This document shows, piece after piece, positions 34,031 through 43,094 of a stretch of 45,854 bases of DNA (positions within the stretch are counted from its first letter, which is position 1; each line of letters opens with the position of its first letter). A model generated the notes under the pieces. That model was given only the letters and a program-made list of their open reading frames with translations. It searched no databases and was not told where the DNA came from. The translations under genes and the position numbers were made by a program. The stretch is from Myxococcota bacterium. Lineage in GTDB: Bacteria > Myxococcota_A > Polyangia > Nannocystales > Nannocystaceae. The stretch lies in the NCBI GenBank assembly GCA_039028615.1, contig JBCCHT010000064.1:1-45854 (forward strand). Direction: 5' to 3'.

Positions 34031-34513
34031 CTAAGGGATCGGGTTGTGCGAATCCAGGCGAACAAGGGAACGAAGTCGAGAACGGTCGGTGTGCTCTGCC
34101 AGGCGATGGCGGTCGGTAGGGCCGAACGCGATAAGCCCCTCGTCGGCGACCACGAGTTCGACGCAGTGGCGTTCGGAGGCGTGCCAGGAGACCGAGAACA
34201 TCGGGTCGACGAAGAACTCGTGGGTGCTCATGTCTTCGACGATCGCGTGGGGCTGGATCCATGCTCGATCGCCGACGTCGACGAGGTCACGAATGGCGAG
34301 CTGGTGCTTCTTGAGTCGGACGGTGGACTCCTCCGGGTCGACCGGAGGAGGACAGTCGCCGCGAGCGGTCCAGCCGGCGGCGAACGCTGCTTGGCGTGCG
34401 ACATCGAGGTAGTCCGCGACCTCAGGGGGTAGGTCTAGGCCGGGCTGGATTTGCTTGAGGTCGGCGAGGAAGCCTTCGTAGGCGGTATTCAGGGATTCGA
34501 TTTCGTGTTCCAT
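34031..34513 (-). CDS. Hypothetical protein
   Basis: 160 aa, co-directional, starts 18 bp after the upstream gene's stop. Confidence 0.65.
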   Translation of the reverse strand: MEHEIESLNTAYEGFLADLKQIQPGLDLPPEVADYLDVARQAAFAAGWTARGDCPPPVDPEESTVRLKKHQLAIRDLVDVGDRAWIQPHAIVEDMSTHEFFVDPMFSVSWHASERHCVELVVADEGLIAFGPTDRHRLAEHTDRSRLRSLVRLDSHNPIP

Positions 34514-34531
34514 GGGGGTCTTTTGTGTGGG

Positions 34532-36229
34532 CTATTGATTGTTGGTGAGGGCGATGAGTCCGCCGAGCACGCCTGCGGCAAGCGGGAGGGCTCCAACGCC
34601 ACGTTTGCTCTGGTTTGGATGCTTCGTGGGTAGCGAATGGCCTGCGGTCAGCGTGCCGACTTGGACTTCGATGGGGTTGGGTGGCGTCGGGGGAACGGGG
34701 TCTCCGAGAGAACTTGGAGCAGGGGCGAACGAGGTCTCGTGCTGTTTGCCCAGCGTCGTGCAGTCGACTCCCGTGGCAGCACAACGCTCTCGCACTTCGG
34801 CTTTGAGGGCGCCTTCGGGGATGTCGTCGAACTGCACGTTGCGCCATTCCCCTGTTTGAAAAACAGCGGACACGCTCTCGTACCAGCGTTGCCAAAGCGG
34901 GCCTTTGCGAGTGGTGGTGCCGATTGCACGGAACCGCGGGCGCCCATCGACCTCGCTGTCGTCGACGGTCATGCAGGCGAGCGACTGCAATGCGGCGTCT
35001 TGCCGTTCCTCGAGATTTTCGAGCGCCCTAACGGGTACGGTGTCGGTCCAGTCGATGTTGTCGCGGTTCCAACCGCGCTCCGGGTCTCGTCGCCGGGGGT
35101 CGAACAGTGCGAACAGGTATTCGAGGTACGCGGACCGGTGGCCCGTGCCTACGATGGGCACCAAGACGTTTCGCCGGGACTTCCGGCACCGGTCAACGCC
35201 GTACAGCTCGGGGATGCACAGGTGCTGCCTCGACTCGAAGCTGGTGGCGGTCTTGGAGGTCGACCAACCGCTGAGTTGGTTGTCGCCGAACTCGACCGCG
35301 GACCGGGCGTAGTCCTCCCATGCGGCCGAAGCGGCCGAGGCATCGACGGAGAACATCGCAGGGCCTCCAGCGACGGCCATTTCCCACCACTGCACTGCGG
35401 CGAGACGAGCCGTCGGGTAGAAATGGCCAAGGTCGCGGAGGTCTCTGGCACCACGGGTGCGGAACTCCATGGCCCCGTGCAGGTTGCGGGAGCCGGGGAC
35501 GAAGCCCAGGCCCGGGGAGCCTTCGCCCCCCGAGCCCAGGCCACCGCTGTGCACGACCCACCCTGCCCAGCGGTCGTCGCCGGGGCTCACGACTTGAGGC
35601 GTGGCGCTCAAGTCGGCCGCCGACGTGGCGGGGTACCGCGGCGAGACAATCCACTGAGCGTCGTGCTCGCCCAGGCGGAGCATCATGGTGCGGGCGAGGA
35701 CCTCGTCCGCGCCTCGGCTCCACTGCGTCAGCGGTACCGTCGCAACGCGGGCGAGGGCCTCTCGTGCTTTGCGTTCGCGAAGGTCACCCACAGCCTCGAC
35801 GAGGCCGACGACGAGCTCAACCACGCTCACGACCAGGTCGAGGATCCAGCCCGCCACGGGGATCCACCCCAACGCGTCGAGAGCCAGCGAGAAACCGTCG
35901 GACCCGAGGATACGTGCGGCAACGTCGACTCCGCCGTACAGCGTCTCGAGCGAGTCGCCAAAGAGGCCGGACAGGGCCGGGAGTTGCTTCGCCGTGAATC
36001 CCTGCGTGATTGCTACGCGTCCGAGAGCCAGTCGCAGCGCGCTCGCGACGTTGCGCATGGCGAGCTGAGCAACCAGACCGCCACTCCACAGGTCGGCGCC
36101 CAGGGCTGGGTCCGCGGAGAACCCGAAAACCGACAGATCCGGGAGCGTCGAGGACCAATCGAGCGGATTGCCGCCGCGACCGTGGAACACTGAGTCATGA
36201 GCCTCGAGTTGGTCGAGCGAGAAGATCAT
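34532..36229 (-). CDS. Large hypothetical protein with internal hydrophobic hairpin and C-terminal membrane anchor
   Basis: ATGA overlap; ALGWIPVAGWILDLVVSVVELVVGL; Pro linker then GVGALPLAAGVLGGLIAL at the C-terminus. Confidence 0.78.
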   Translation of the reverse strand: MIFSLDQLEAHDSVFHGRGGNPLDWSSTLPDLSVFGFSADPALGADLWSGGLVAQLAMRNVASALRLALGRVAITQGFTAKQLPALSGLFGDSLETLYGGVDVAARILGSDGFSLALDALGWIPVAGWILDLVVSVVELVVGLVEAVGDLRERKAREALARVATVPLTQWSRGADEVLARTMMLRLGEHDAQWIVSPRYPATSAADLSATPQVVSPGDDRWAGWVVHSGGLGSGGEGSPGLGFVPGSRNLHGAMEFRTRGARDLRDLGHFYPTARLAAVQWWEMAVAGGPAMFSVDASAASAAWEDYARSAVEFGDNQLSGWSTSKTATSFESRQHLCIPELYGVDRCRKSRRNVLVPIVGTGHRSAYLEYLFALFDPRRRDPERGWNRDNIDWTDTVPVRALENLEERQDAALQSLACMTVDDSEVDGRPRFRAIGTTTRKGPLWQRWYESVSAVFQTGEWRNVQFDDIPEGALKAEVRERCAATGVDCTTLGKQHETSFAPAPSSLGDPVPPTPPNPIEVQVGTLTAGHSLPTKHPNQSKRGVGALPLAAGVLGGLIALTNNQ

Positions 36230-36783
36230 CCGTTGCACAGCTCCTCTCGAACAACGCGATTGGCCTCAGCCCACGCCTTGCGGACCCAATGGGGCGAATG
36301 AGGGTCTCCGGTGATTGTCGCCTCAACCGGCGGCCAGAGATTGACGACGCCGTAGTAGCGCTCCAGAGCAGTGACCACGATCTCGATGAACCGAGGGTTG
36401 TCGACTGGGGGCGCGAGTTCACCCCCGAGGGGATCGGGAGTGGCAAGGCATAGATCGGAAAAACCAGGACTACCGAGGCCTTCCCACTGCTCCCGCGCCA
36501 GAGAACGGATCGCGTCGTCCGTCTGGCCGAAGTACCAGAAGACCTTGCACTGGCCATTTTCATCCCATACTGCCTCGCCCTCCGGGGATTCGCATTGCTG
36601 GCCCGGCGTTCCGCCGAGGTTCGGTAGCGGCAAGGGAGCGGCTTGGGGGGGAATGAAGATCATCGTCTGGACTTCGACGTCGGGTTGTTCGTCCTTCTTG
36701 GCCGGAGGGCCCTTTGGTTTCCGGCGTCGGAAAAGGAGCACTCCAACGCCGAGAAGCGCGAGCGGTAGTAGAGGGAATGCCAT
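36226..36783 (-). CDS. Hypothetical protein with N-terminal membrane anchor
   Basis: MAFPLLPLALLGVGVLLF followed by RRRKPK; Pro-rich linker; Cys-containing domain. Confidence 0.8.
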   Translation of the reverse strand: MAFPLLPLALLGVGVLLFRRRKPKGPPAKKDEQPDVEVQTMIFIPPQAAPLPLPNLGGTPGQQCESPEGEAVWDENGQCKVFWYFGQTDDAIRSLAREQWEGLGSPGFSDLCLATPDPLGGELAPPVDNPRFIEIVVTALERYYGVVNLWPPVEATITGDPHSPHWVRKAWAEANRVVREELCNG

Positions 36784-36789
36784 CGGGCT

Positions 36790-37941
36790 CTATCGGTGCA
36801 GTGCGGCGATGAGTTCGTTGACGAGTTCCTGAGGGCGGCGTTTCGTCTTGCTCGTCGGCACCTTCTTGCCGCTTCCTCTCCGCCCCGCCGACTGCTTGCT
36901 CACTGCTTTCTTTCCCGCTTTCTTGGGCTTCGAAGCTCTCTTCTTCCGGGATGGAGTGCTCTGCGGCTTGTAGAGTGGATGCCCCGTCAATGTTGCCCAA
37001 TGAACGAGGTCGGCGAGCTTGCCTCGACTGGCCTTGCCGAGGATCGAGGCGGCTTCTTCTGGGGTTAGGAACGGAGGGCCGCAGACCTCAGGGTCGTAGC
37101 CGTGCTTGATGACCCCCAGCGTGCACCCGGCTGCAGGCAGCACCGCGTGCTGAGCGAACGGCCCGGGCGTTTGCTGGCTCTCCGATGCACGAGGCTGTGT
37201 GGACTGCCGCCCTCGACGGCGGCTCTGAGGTCGTCTTGCAGCTGTGTTGGCACGTCCCGAGGCCGCACCTCGACCACGGGCTGGCTTAGCTAGCTTTCGC
37301 GTATCCTGACGGAGGTCCGCGAGGTCCTGCGCGAGCGCGTCGAGCCGCTGAAGCACCGCCTTGTTGGCGGAGGGCATCGTGGAGCGCGATTTGGCTTTCA
37401 GCTTCCGTTCGAGTTCAGCAATGGTTGCCTGGTCCTGCTCAACCGCTCGTATCAGCTCGGCCGCCCACTCCACGTAGGCCGACGCCGAGTCTTCGGTATG
37501 GCGGAGGCGTTCGTGGACTTGGTCGACCCATTGCCGTCCTGCCTTGGCCGCCTTGGTCAGCTCAGCAATGGCCCCATGGCATTCATCGAGCGTCGAACAT
37601 TCGGAGGCCCGCGAAAGGAGCGCACTGCTGGCACCCGGGTATTTCTTCGGCGCTGCCCGACGACCGGAGGCTCCCGGCTTCTTCGACGCTTTCTTCTTGG
37701 TGGCCGAACGAGCGGGGGCCTTCTTGCTCGTCTTGCGAGCCGTTGCCTGGGTGGGCTTCTTGCTGTTTGTCGACTTCTTCTTGCTCGCCTTCTTCTTGGC
37801 CGAGGTTTTCTTCGCAGCGGTCGATTTCTTCTTCGGTGGAGCCTTCTTGGGCGCGGCCGGTCGTTTCTTCGCAGAGGCTTTCTTCGCGACGGGTCGACGT
37901 GGAGGGCTGGCTTTGCGGGTCTTCTTCTTGGCGGTGGGCAT
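36790..37941 (-). CDS. Histone H1-like Lys/Ala-rich protein with central coiled coil
   Basis: About 100 N-terminal residues of AKK/PKK/SKK repeats with no Asp/Glu; helical middle (DQATIAELERKLKAK); basic C-terminus. Confidence 0.78.
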   Translation of the reverse strand: MPTAKKKTRKASPPRRPVAKKASAKKRPAAPKKAPPKKKSTAAKKTSAKKKASKKKSTNSKKPTQATARKTSKKAPARSATKKKASKKPGASGRRAAPKKYPGASSALLSRASECSTLDECHGAIAELTKAAKAGRQWVDQVHERLRHTEDSASAYVEWAAELIRAVEQDQATIAELERKLKAKSRSTMPSANKAVLQRLDALAQDLADLRQDTRKLAKPARGRGAASGRANTAARRPQSRRRGRQSTQPRASESQQTPGPFAQHAVLPAAGCTLGVIKHGYDPEVCGPPFLTPEEAASILGKASRGKLADLVHWATLTGHPLYKPQSTPSRKKRASKPKKAGKKAVSKQSAGRRGSGKKVPTSKTKRRPQELVNELIAALHR

Positions 37942-38014
37942 GGTTTCTCTCGTTATGGGGTTAGCGGCGGGAGGGGGTCGAAAGGGTTGCCGCACGGGCA
38001 ACAGGGCGTGCTCT

Positions 38015-39181
38015 TCAGGGGCGAGTTCGGTGGCGTTGCGTCGTTCGCTGGAACCGTGAGTGCGTCCGTCCGACAGAGCCTCGAGCGTGACGGGCCATGG
38101 CCCGGATGAGGTCACCTGGCTTCTTTGGGCGCGGAATGGCTCGAGGTGGTGCGGCGCCGACGAAGCCGCTCGCGTGCGTAATGACCTTGTTCCACTGCTC
38201 CGCATCGGGAGCTGACCCAGACAGGCGTTCGCGCACCATGGGCTCCGGGAACGCCCGCCCCGTAGGTCCAGATGCGGCGAGTATCCAAGCGACTTGGTCG
38301 AGATGTTCTGGCGTGCCGAAATGACGCTGAGTGTCCGCGAGTGAGACTTCGATGAACTGCACTTGGGGATGCCGTTGCGCCACGATACGCAGGTCCGCTC
38401 GTGCTCGTTCGAGCCTCGCCCATGACGGATTCGCAGCGAGCATCACGACATGCCGAACGGAAGCTGCGACGGGGACTCCATCGATGTTGCCCTGCATTAG
38501 GCGGCGTACGCCGAACTCGGAGAGCTCCTGTCGCGAGGAGAGGACCTTCAGATTCGATGGCATGGCTTCGCGCGACGCTGCGTCTGCGGAACCGTCTATG
38601 GGTCCGGGTTGGGGTCTCGAAGGCAACGGAACCGGCCGTGGGGGTACTGGCTCGGGTTCGGGTTGGCGCGCATCGGGGTCGAAGGTCCACGGGTCGAACG
38701 TGGGGTCCGCACAGAGCCGAACGATGTCGTCTTCCTCGTCATCGATTTTGGCCTGGCGAATGAACTGAATCGTGACCTCGCACCATAGCCATCGACGGAC
38801 TTGTTTGGCCGCGTCGGTCTGCGCACTCGAGCAATGCCCAGTGGTTTCGACGAAGACTTCGTCGGCGAGCAGTCGCAGCGTTTCCATGGTGCCATCGCCA
38901 TCGAGAACCGGGCTCGCGTCCACGCGTTGGATGATGAGCGGAGCAACGAGTTCTTCGAGCCAACGCTCGACTTCCTCGTCGCTCGCCAGGCGGGTGCATC
39001 GAGACCCGCGTTCGAAGGGGGACGGCGCGGGAATCTCTGTGGGGGGAGCCGGCAGGGGCCGTTGAGGTTGGCTTCCGCGCTTGTTGGAGGCTCGGGGCTT
39101 CCGGCGTACGAGCGCTACTCCGGCCGCGGCCGCTCCCGCCACGACCATCGACAACGGGACTGACTTGGTGGCTTTACTCAT
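38015..39181 (-). CDS. Membrane-anchored Pro-rich hypothetical protein
   Basis: MVVAGAAAAGVALV followed by RRKPR; two Pro-rich linkers; 8-bp overlap with the upstream gene. Confidence 0.75.
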   Translation of the reverse strand: MSKATKSVPLSMVVAGAAAAGVALVRRKPRASNKRGSQPQRPLPAPPTEIPAPSPFERGSRCTRLASDEEVERWLEELVAPLIIQRVDASPVLDGDGTMETLRLLADEVFVETTGHCSSAQTDAAKQVRRWLWCEVTIQFIRQAKIDDEEDDIVRLCADPTFDPWTFDPDARQPEPEPVPPRPVPLPSRPQPGPIDGSADAASREAMPSNLKVLSSRQELSEFGVRRLMQGNIDGVPVAASVRHVVMLAANPSWARLERARADLRIVAQRHPQVQFIEVSLADTQRHFGTPEHLDQVAWILAASGPTGRAFPEPMVRERLSGSAPDAEQWNKVITHASGFVGAAPPRAIPRPKKPGDLIRAMARHARGSVGRTHSRFQRTTQRHRTRP

Positions 39182-39521
39182 CGAACACCTCGGGGTCGAC
39201 GGTAGCGAAAGCCTCGGCCGCGGAGGCATCGAACGACCGGGTGGACCACGGCACCTCGAGCAGGCGAGTGCGGGCCTGCTGAAAATCTGCTTGCGTGGGG
39301 GCAACCGCGGCCTGCGGTAAGGGCTTGGTTGGCGCAGGGCCACTCGAGCCCGTGCCCGGCTGCGGCCCCGGACTAGGGGTTCCTGCGGGCGGCTTCCGCC
39401 CGTCCATGAACCATTTGACCCACGGGGACACCAGCGCACTCACGACCGCAGCAACGGCTGCTGAGACCGCGACCTCCTTGAAGCGCGAGGACTTGCCGGG
39501 AGTAGGTTCTGACGCCGTCAT
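39174..39521 (-). CDS. Small membrane protein
   Basis: VAVSAAVAAVVSALVSPWVKWF; ATGA overlap. Confidence 0.7.
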   Translation of the reverse strand: MTASEPTPGKSSRFKEVAVSAAVAAVVSALVSPWVKWFMDGRKPPAGTPSPGPQPGTGSSGPAPTKPLPQAAVAPTQADFQQARTRLLEVPWSTRSFDASAAEAFATVDPEVFDE

Positions 39522-39715
39522 GCGCCCCTCCGTCGGTTTCGAGGTGTCGCCATCCGCGATGCCGGTTGACCCCGCTTCGCTGCCGACCGCTGCTGCCGCG
39601 CGAGGTCCTTCCGCTCGGCACGCTTGATGAAGACATCGAGCAGCAGCCATCCGCCGAGGATCCCCGCGCCGACCAGGACGGTGGCCTCGGTATCTCCGAG
39701 TCGTTTCTTCTTCAT
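39518..39715 (-). CDS. Small single-TM protein (65 aa)
   Basis: VLVGAGILGGWLLLDVFI; AAGGA RBS-like sequence upstream. Confidence 0.7.
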   Translation of the reverse strand: MKKKRLGDTEATVLVGAGILGGWLLLDVFIKRAERKDLARQQRSAAKRGQPASRMATPRNRRRGA

Positions 39716-39733
39716 GGTGTCGGTGTCCTTTCG

Positions 39734-40636
39734 TCAGTGAAGCGGTACGGGTCGTCCATCAGCCTCGAGCAAGGCGTGCAGAACCGTGGTGAAGCCGGGG
39801 TAGCGGCGAGTGTCGACGGCTTTGATCGCGAGTTCGGGGTCTGCCCCCATCGAGGCCACCTGGGCCAGGCGACGCTCGAATCGTTCCAGCACACGGCCTT
39901 TGCCTTCGGCGGTGCTGTCCGGATTGGCCCAGCGCGGCAGGGCCCACCCGGCCCGGATGTCTCCCCATGTTCTGGCCCCGAATCCGCGCTTGATCCTTCG
40001 GACGAGGTCGGTCGCGTAGGCGATAGCGAACGGGGGGTCGAAGACTCGCGCGGGGTCGTGGGCGTGACCTCGCTTGTCCGAGGTCGCCAGCGCCCCGGCG
40101 GGCATGATCTGAAACCAACCGCCGGAGTACGCCCAACGCGAAGCGAGTGGGTCACTGGCGTCGCACTCCTGTGGGCGCCATGGATTGCGGGCGTAGCGAC
40201 CTCGATAGTTCTGGTCGCGGCAAAACAGCCGCAGCGCAGGCTTTGCGTCGGTCCGCGTGTTCATGGCCGCGGGCACGCCATCGCTTTCATTCTTGGCGGT
40301 GGCGAGCAGGTACGAGTAGAGCCCGCGAATTTCGGAGATTTCTTCGGCCTTGGCGGCGAGCCACCGCAGTCGGTCCCACTGCGGCCCGGTCCTCGTGGGG
40401 AGAAATGGCGCAGGCCCATGCTCGAGGTCCGTGGGTGGAGGCGATGACGACGGGGTCGCCGAAGAACCCGATTGGCTCGAGGCCCCGGGCTGCCGTCCTT
40501 TCGACCCGGAGGACACCGAACGTCGACCAGGCCCCGGGCGCCGGCCCGACCTCATCCACCACACCGCCGCGCCGGTGGCGACGACGAGGCTGGTGGTGGC
40601 GAGGCCGGGCCAGCGCGTGCGTGCAGAACGAGCCAT
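39734..40636 (-). CDS. Membrane-anchored lytic transglycosylase (SLT/lysozyme-like fold)
   Basis: N-terminal LVVATGAAVWWM; YLLATAKNES (catalytic Glu), GGWFQIMP, VFDPPFAIAYA. Confidence 0.75.
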   Translation of the reverse strand: MARSARTRWPGLATTSLVVATGAAVWWMRSGRRPGPGRRSVSSGSKGRQPGASSQSGSSATPSSSPPPTDLEHGPAPFLPTRTGPQWDRLRWLAAKAEEISEIRGLYSYLLATAKNESDGVPAAMNTRTDAKPALRLFCRDQNYRGRYARNPWRPQECDASDPLASRWAYSGGWFQIMPAGALATSDKRGHAHDPARVFDPPFAIAYATDLVRRIKRGFGARTWGDIRAGWALPRWANPDSTAEGKGRVLERFERRLAQVASMGADPELAIKAVDTRRYPGFTTVLHALLEADGRPVPLH

Positions 40637-40640
40637 GCGG

Positions 40641-40949
40641 CTACCCGCGCCTCCGGGCAAAGTGCCTCGCGGCCTGCACCATCTGACGTCCAGCGCCGAT
40701 GGCCGCCTCGACCCCGGCGAAGGGATCGGGTTCAGCCGGGGGGGCATCGGGGCGTGCGGTGGCACCGTCGGGCGCCGGGCTGCGGCGCGCATGCGGCTCG
40801 TCTGGGTCGGTCAGGATCTGAAGTAGTCGGTTGCCGAGCATCCACCCGGCGACGCGGCGGTCATGGGGAAGCGCGAGGACCAGCGGGCGTCCTGAGGGCG
40901 GCGTGATCTCGACGCCCCCTTCTACGAGGTTGAGGCCTACGATTTTCAT
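40641..40949 (-). CDS. Hypothetical protein
   Basis: 102 aa from ATG 40949; 4-5 bp gaps to both neighbours. Confidence 0.65.
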   Translation of the reverse strand: MKIVGLNLVEGGVEITPPSGRPLVLALPHDRRVAGWMLGNRLLQILTDPDEPHARRSPAPDGATARPDAPPAEPDPFAGVEAAIGAGRQMVQAARHFARRRG

Positions 40950-40954
40950 GGTGG

Positions 40955-41770
40955 TCAGCTCCCGGTGGGATCGAGGGCGCCGTGGTCTTCGGCGTAGGCG
41001 TTTTCGTAGGCCTGGAAGACCTCCGCGAGGTCGGACTCCCACCACAGGCGAGAGCGCACGGATTCGACGAAGGAAGACAGCACTGGGAACTGGGCTCCGA
41101 ACCACTCGGCGTGGGCCCAATAGCCGTCGACGTCATCAATCCACCCGCTGTAGGTGCCCGATGTGGTCGGTGTGCCGTAGACGAACTCGTCCCATGCCGC
41201 GAGGCACTCGTGCACGATGGTGCCCGGCTCGTTGCGTTCTCGGCCGGGCCGAACGAGCAGCTCGTACATCACCGCAACGGGGCTGTGGAACGCTTCTCGT
41301 TGGCCGAGGACCAGTTCCCGTGCGCGAGGGAGGAACACGGCGTCGTACCAGTCGTCGCCCTCGTAGACCTCGTCGCAGTCAGTCGTGATGAACAGTCCGT
41401 ACGCCGCGTGGTCGTAGTCGGCCACGTTCTCGAGCGGGGTTTCCGGGTAGACATCGACCGGGCTCGGGCCGCCGAGCTCCGGGTCCCGTGGTCCTGCCGT
41501 GGGTCCGGGGAACGGCGCAGTAGGGTCTTCGATAGGCGGAGGTGGCTCCACCACGGGCGGAGGAGCAACAGGCGGAGGCCGTGGCACCGGAGGCGCAGGG
41601 CGTGGGGGCTCTGGCGTGGGACCGTCGAGAGGCCCGAACGGATCGTCGTGCGTCGGCGGAATGTCCCGTGCACCCGACTTGCCGTTGCTCGAGCTGCGCT
41701 TCGAGCTCTTCTTGCGAGTCGCGGCCCAGGCCACGGCCAACGCGAGGGGAAGGATGATGATCGGATCCAT
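40955..41770 (-). CDS. Membrane-anchored Pro-rich hypothetical protein
   Basis: MDPIIILPLALAVAWAA followed by TRKKSSKR; Pro stalk; acidic/aromatic domain similar to that of 41785-42330. Confidence 0.78.
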   Translation of the reverse strand: MDPIIILPLALAVAWAATRKKSSKRSSSNGKSGARDIPPTHDDPFGPLDGPTPEPPRPAPPVPRPPPVAPPPVVEPPPPIEDPTAPFPGPTAGPRDPELGGPSPVDVYPETPLENVADYDHAAYGLFITTDCDEVYEGDDWYDAVFLPRARELVLGQREAFHSPVAVMYELLVRPGRERNEPGTIVHECLAAWDEFVYGTPTTSGTYSGWIDDVDGYWAHAEWFGAQFPVLSSFVESVRSRLWWESDLAEVFQAYENAYAEDHGALDPTGS

Positions 41771-41784
41771 GGCAGTCGCGTTCC

Positions 41785-42330
41785 TCAGACCGGAAACAGA
41801 AGGGCGCGCTCGGGCGAACCGGTTTGCTCGACGATGGCGAGGGCGGCTTCGACGGCCTCGTAGATCGTGTCGAACAGGCCCAGCACGGCCGGATGCGGGT
41901 AGTAGTTGGGGTGTTGGGGGATCTCCGACTGGAGCTCGCGAAAGCTCAGCGTGACCCCGTCGGGTTGATGGAGCATGGGCTCGGGGCACGGTCCCGTTTC
42001 CCCGTGCAGCACGGCGTAGGTCAGTCCGACGGGGTCGAGGAGCCCTTCCTCCTTGGCGAGTTGGATGTCCCCTCGTGTCGTCTCGAGCGCCTCGTTGAGG
42101 AGCTTTCGAAAGCGAGGCTCCGCGGTCTGGAGGATCCACAGGTCTGGCATCTCCCACGACGAGCAGTCGTCTGCGATCGACAGTGGCGTCTTGGGTTCAG
42201 GCGTCGGCCGTGCGGGGGAAGTCGAGGCCGGACGCCTACGGACCCTGCGGTCGTACCGTTTGCCTTTCGAGAACAGGCCGTAACCGGCCAGGGCCAATAG
42301 ACCCAGAGTCACAGGTTGCATGAGATTCAC
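41785..42330 (-). CDS. Membrane-anchored hypothetical protein
   Basis: VTLGLLALAGYGLF followed by SKGKR; GTGA overlap (alternative ATG at 42321). Confidence 0.78.
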   Translation of the reverse strand: MNLMQPVTLGLLALAGYGLFSKGKRYDRRVRRRPASTSPARPTPEPKTPLSIADDCSSWEMPDLWILQTAEPRFRKLLNEALETTRGDIQLAKEEGLLDPVGLTYAVLHGETGPCPEPMLHQPDGVTLSFRELQSEIPQHPNYYPHPAVLGLFDTIYEAVEAALAIVEQTGSPERALLFPV

Positions 42331-43094
42331 TTGCCTTGGGTGGAAGGTTTCTTGCGGATGGCAAACAGGTAGAGGCCGGCGAGACCGAGGCCTGCGATGG
42401 CGGTGCCAGCTCCCAACGCGAAGCTCTTGGCACCCGACTTCTGCACGGCGTAGTCCGTGATGGTGTCGGCAATGTCGCCCATGGCCGACGCCGCGGCCTC
42501 GAATGCGGCCTTGGTTTGGCCCTCCCAGTGCGATGCGATGTCTCGGAGGGTCAGGTCAGCGAAGCCGTAGTACGAGCTCAGCAATTCCTGCTCGAACTCC
42601 CCGGCGACGCCGGTCTGGTGGAGCAGCGACAAGGCCATCTGGAGGTCGGGCCCCTCACAGGGAGGACTGCCGAATGGCACGCCCCACCGTTCCTGGCAGG
42701 TCTTCAGGTCCCAGAGGAGAACGGGCCCTTCGACAAATTCCTCGTAGTCACGCCAGTCCTCCTCGGTCCACGTATCGATGGGCTTCAGGTCTTGGAAGAA
42801 CGGTCGGTACAGGTTGCGGAAGCGCTGTTGCAGGCCGACGAGGTCGGCATCGAAGCCTCGGAGGCCGAGCTCGCCTTCGGTGATCTGTGACCGCAGCACA
42901 CGGATGTCGACGAGGATGTGCCCGAGCAACTCGAGCATCGCCCACATGACCTCGGTGACGATTGCGGGCTCGTCGAGCTCCGCTGCGGTGGCCTTGGCAT
43001 CGAGGTACACCTGTCGCGTGTCGACGAAGAGACGACCGACATCGAGTTCACCGCGAACGACGGCGTCACGTTGGTTCTGCCTGACCAGCCCCAT
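42327..43094 (-). CDS. Helical hypothetical protein with C-terminal membrane anchor
   Basis: Ends FALGAGTAIAGLGLAGLYLFAI followed by RKKPSTQGK; abuts the upstream stop. Confidence 0.78.
   Translation of the reverse strand: MGLVRQNQRDAVVRGELDVGRLFVDTRQVYLDAKATAAELDEPAIVTEVMWAMLELLGHILVDIRVLRSQITEGELGLRGFDADLVGLQQRFRNLYRPFFQDLKPIDTWTEEDWRDYEEFVEGPVLLWDLKTCQERWGVPFGSPPCEGPDLQMALSLLHQTGVAGEFEQELLSSYYGFADLTLRDIASHWEGQTKAAFEAAASAMGDIADTITDYAVQKSGAKSFALGAGTAIAGLGLAGLYLFAIRKKPSTQGK

Noticed and set aside
33640..34065. 533-aa version of the integrase
   Set aside because: The extension overlaps the excisionase in another frame and is low-complexity; ATG 33639 gives a standard ATGA coupling
37544..38059. 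Very hydrophobic Phe/Leu-rich plus-strand ORF as a membrane protein
   Set aside because: It is the reverse complement of the Lys-codon-rich H1-like gene
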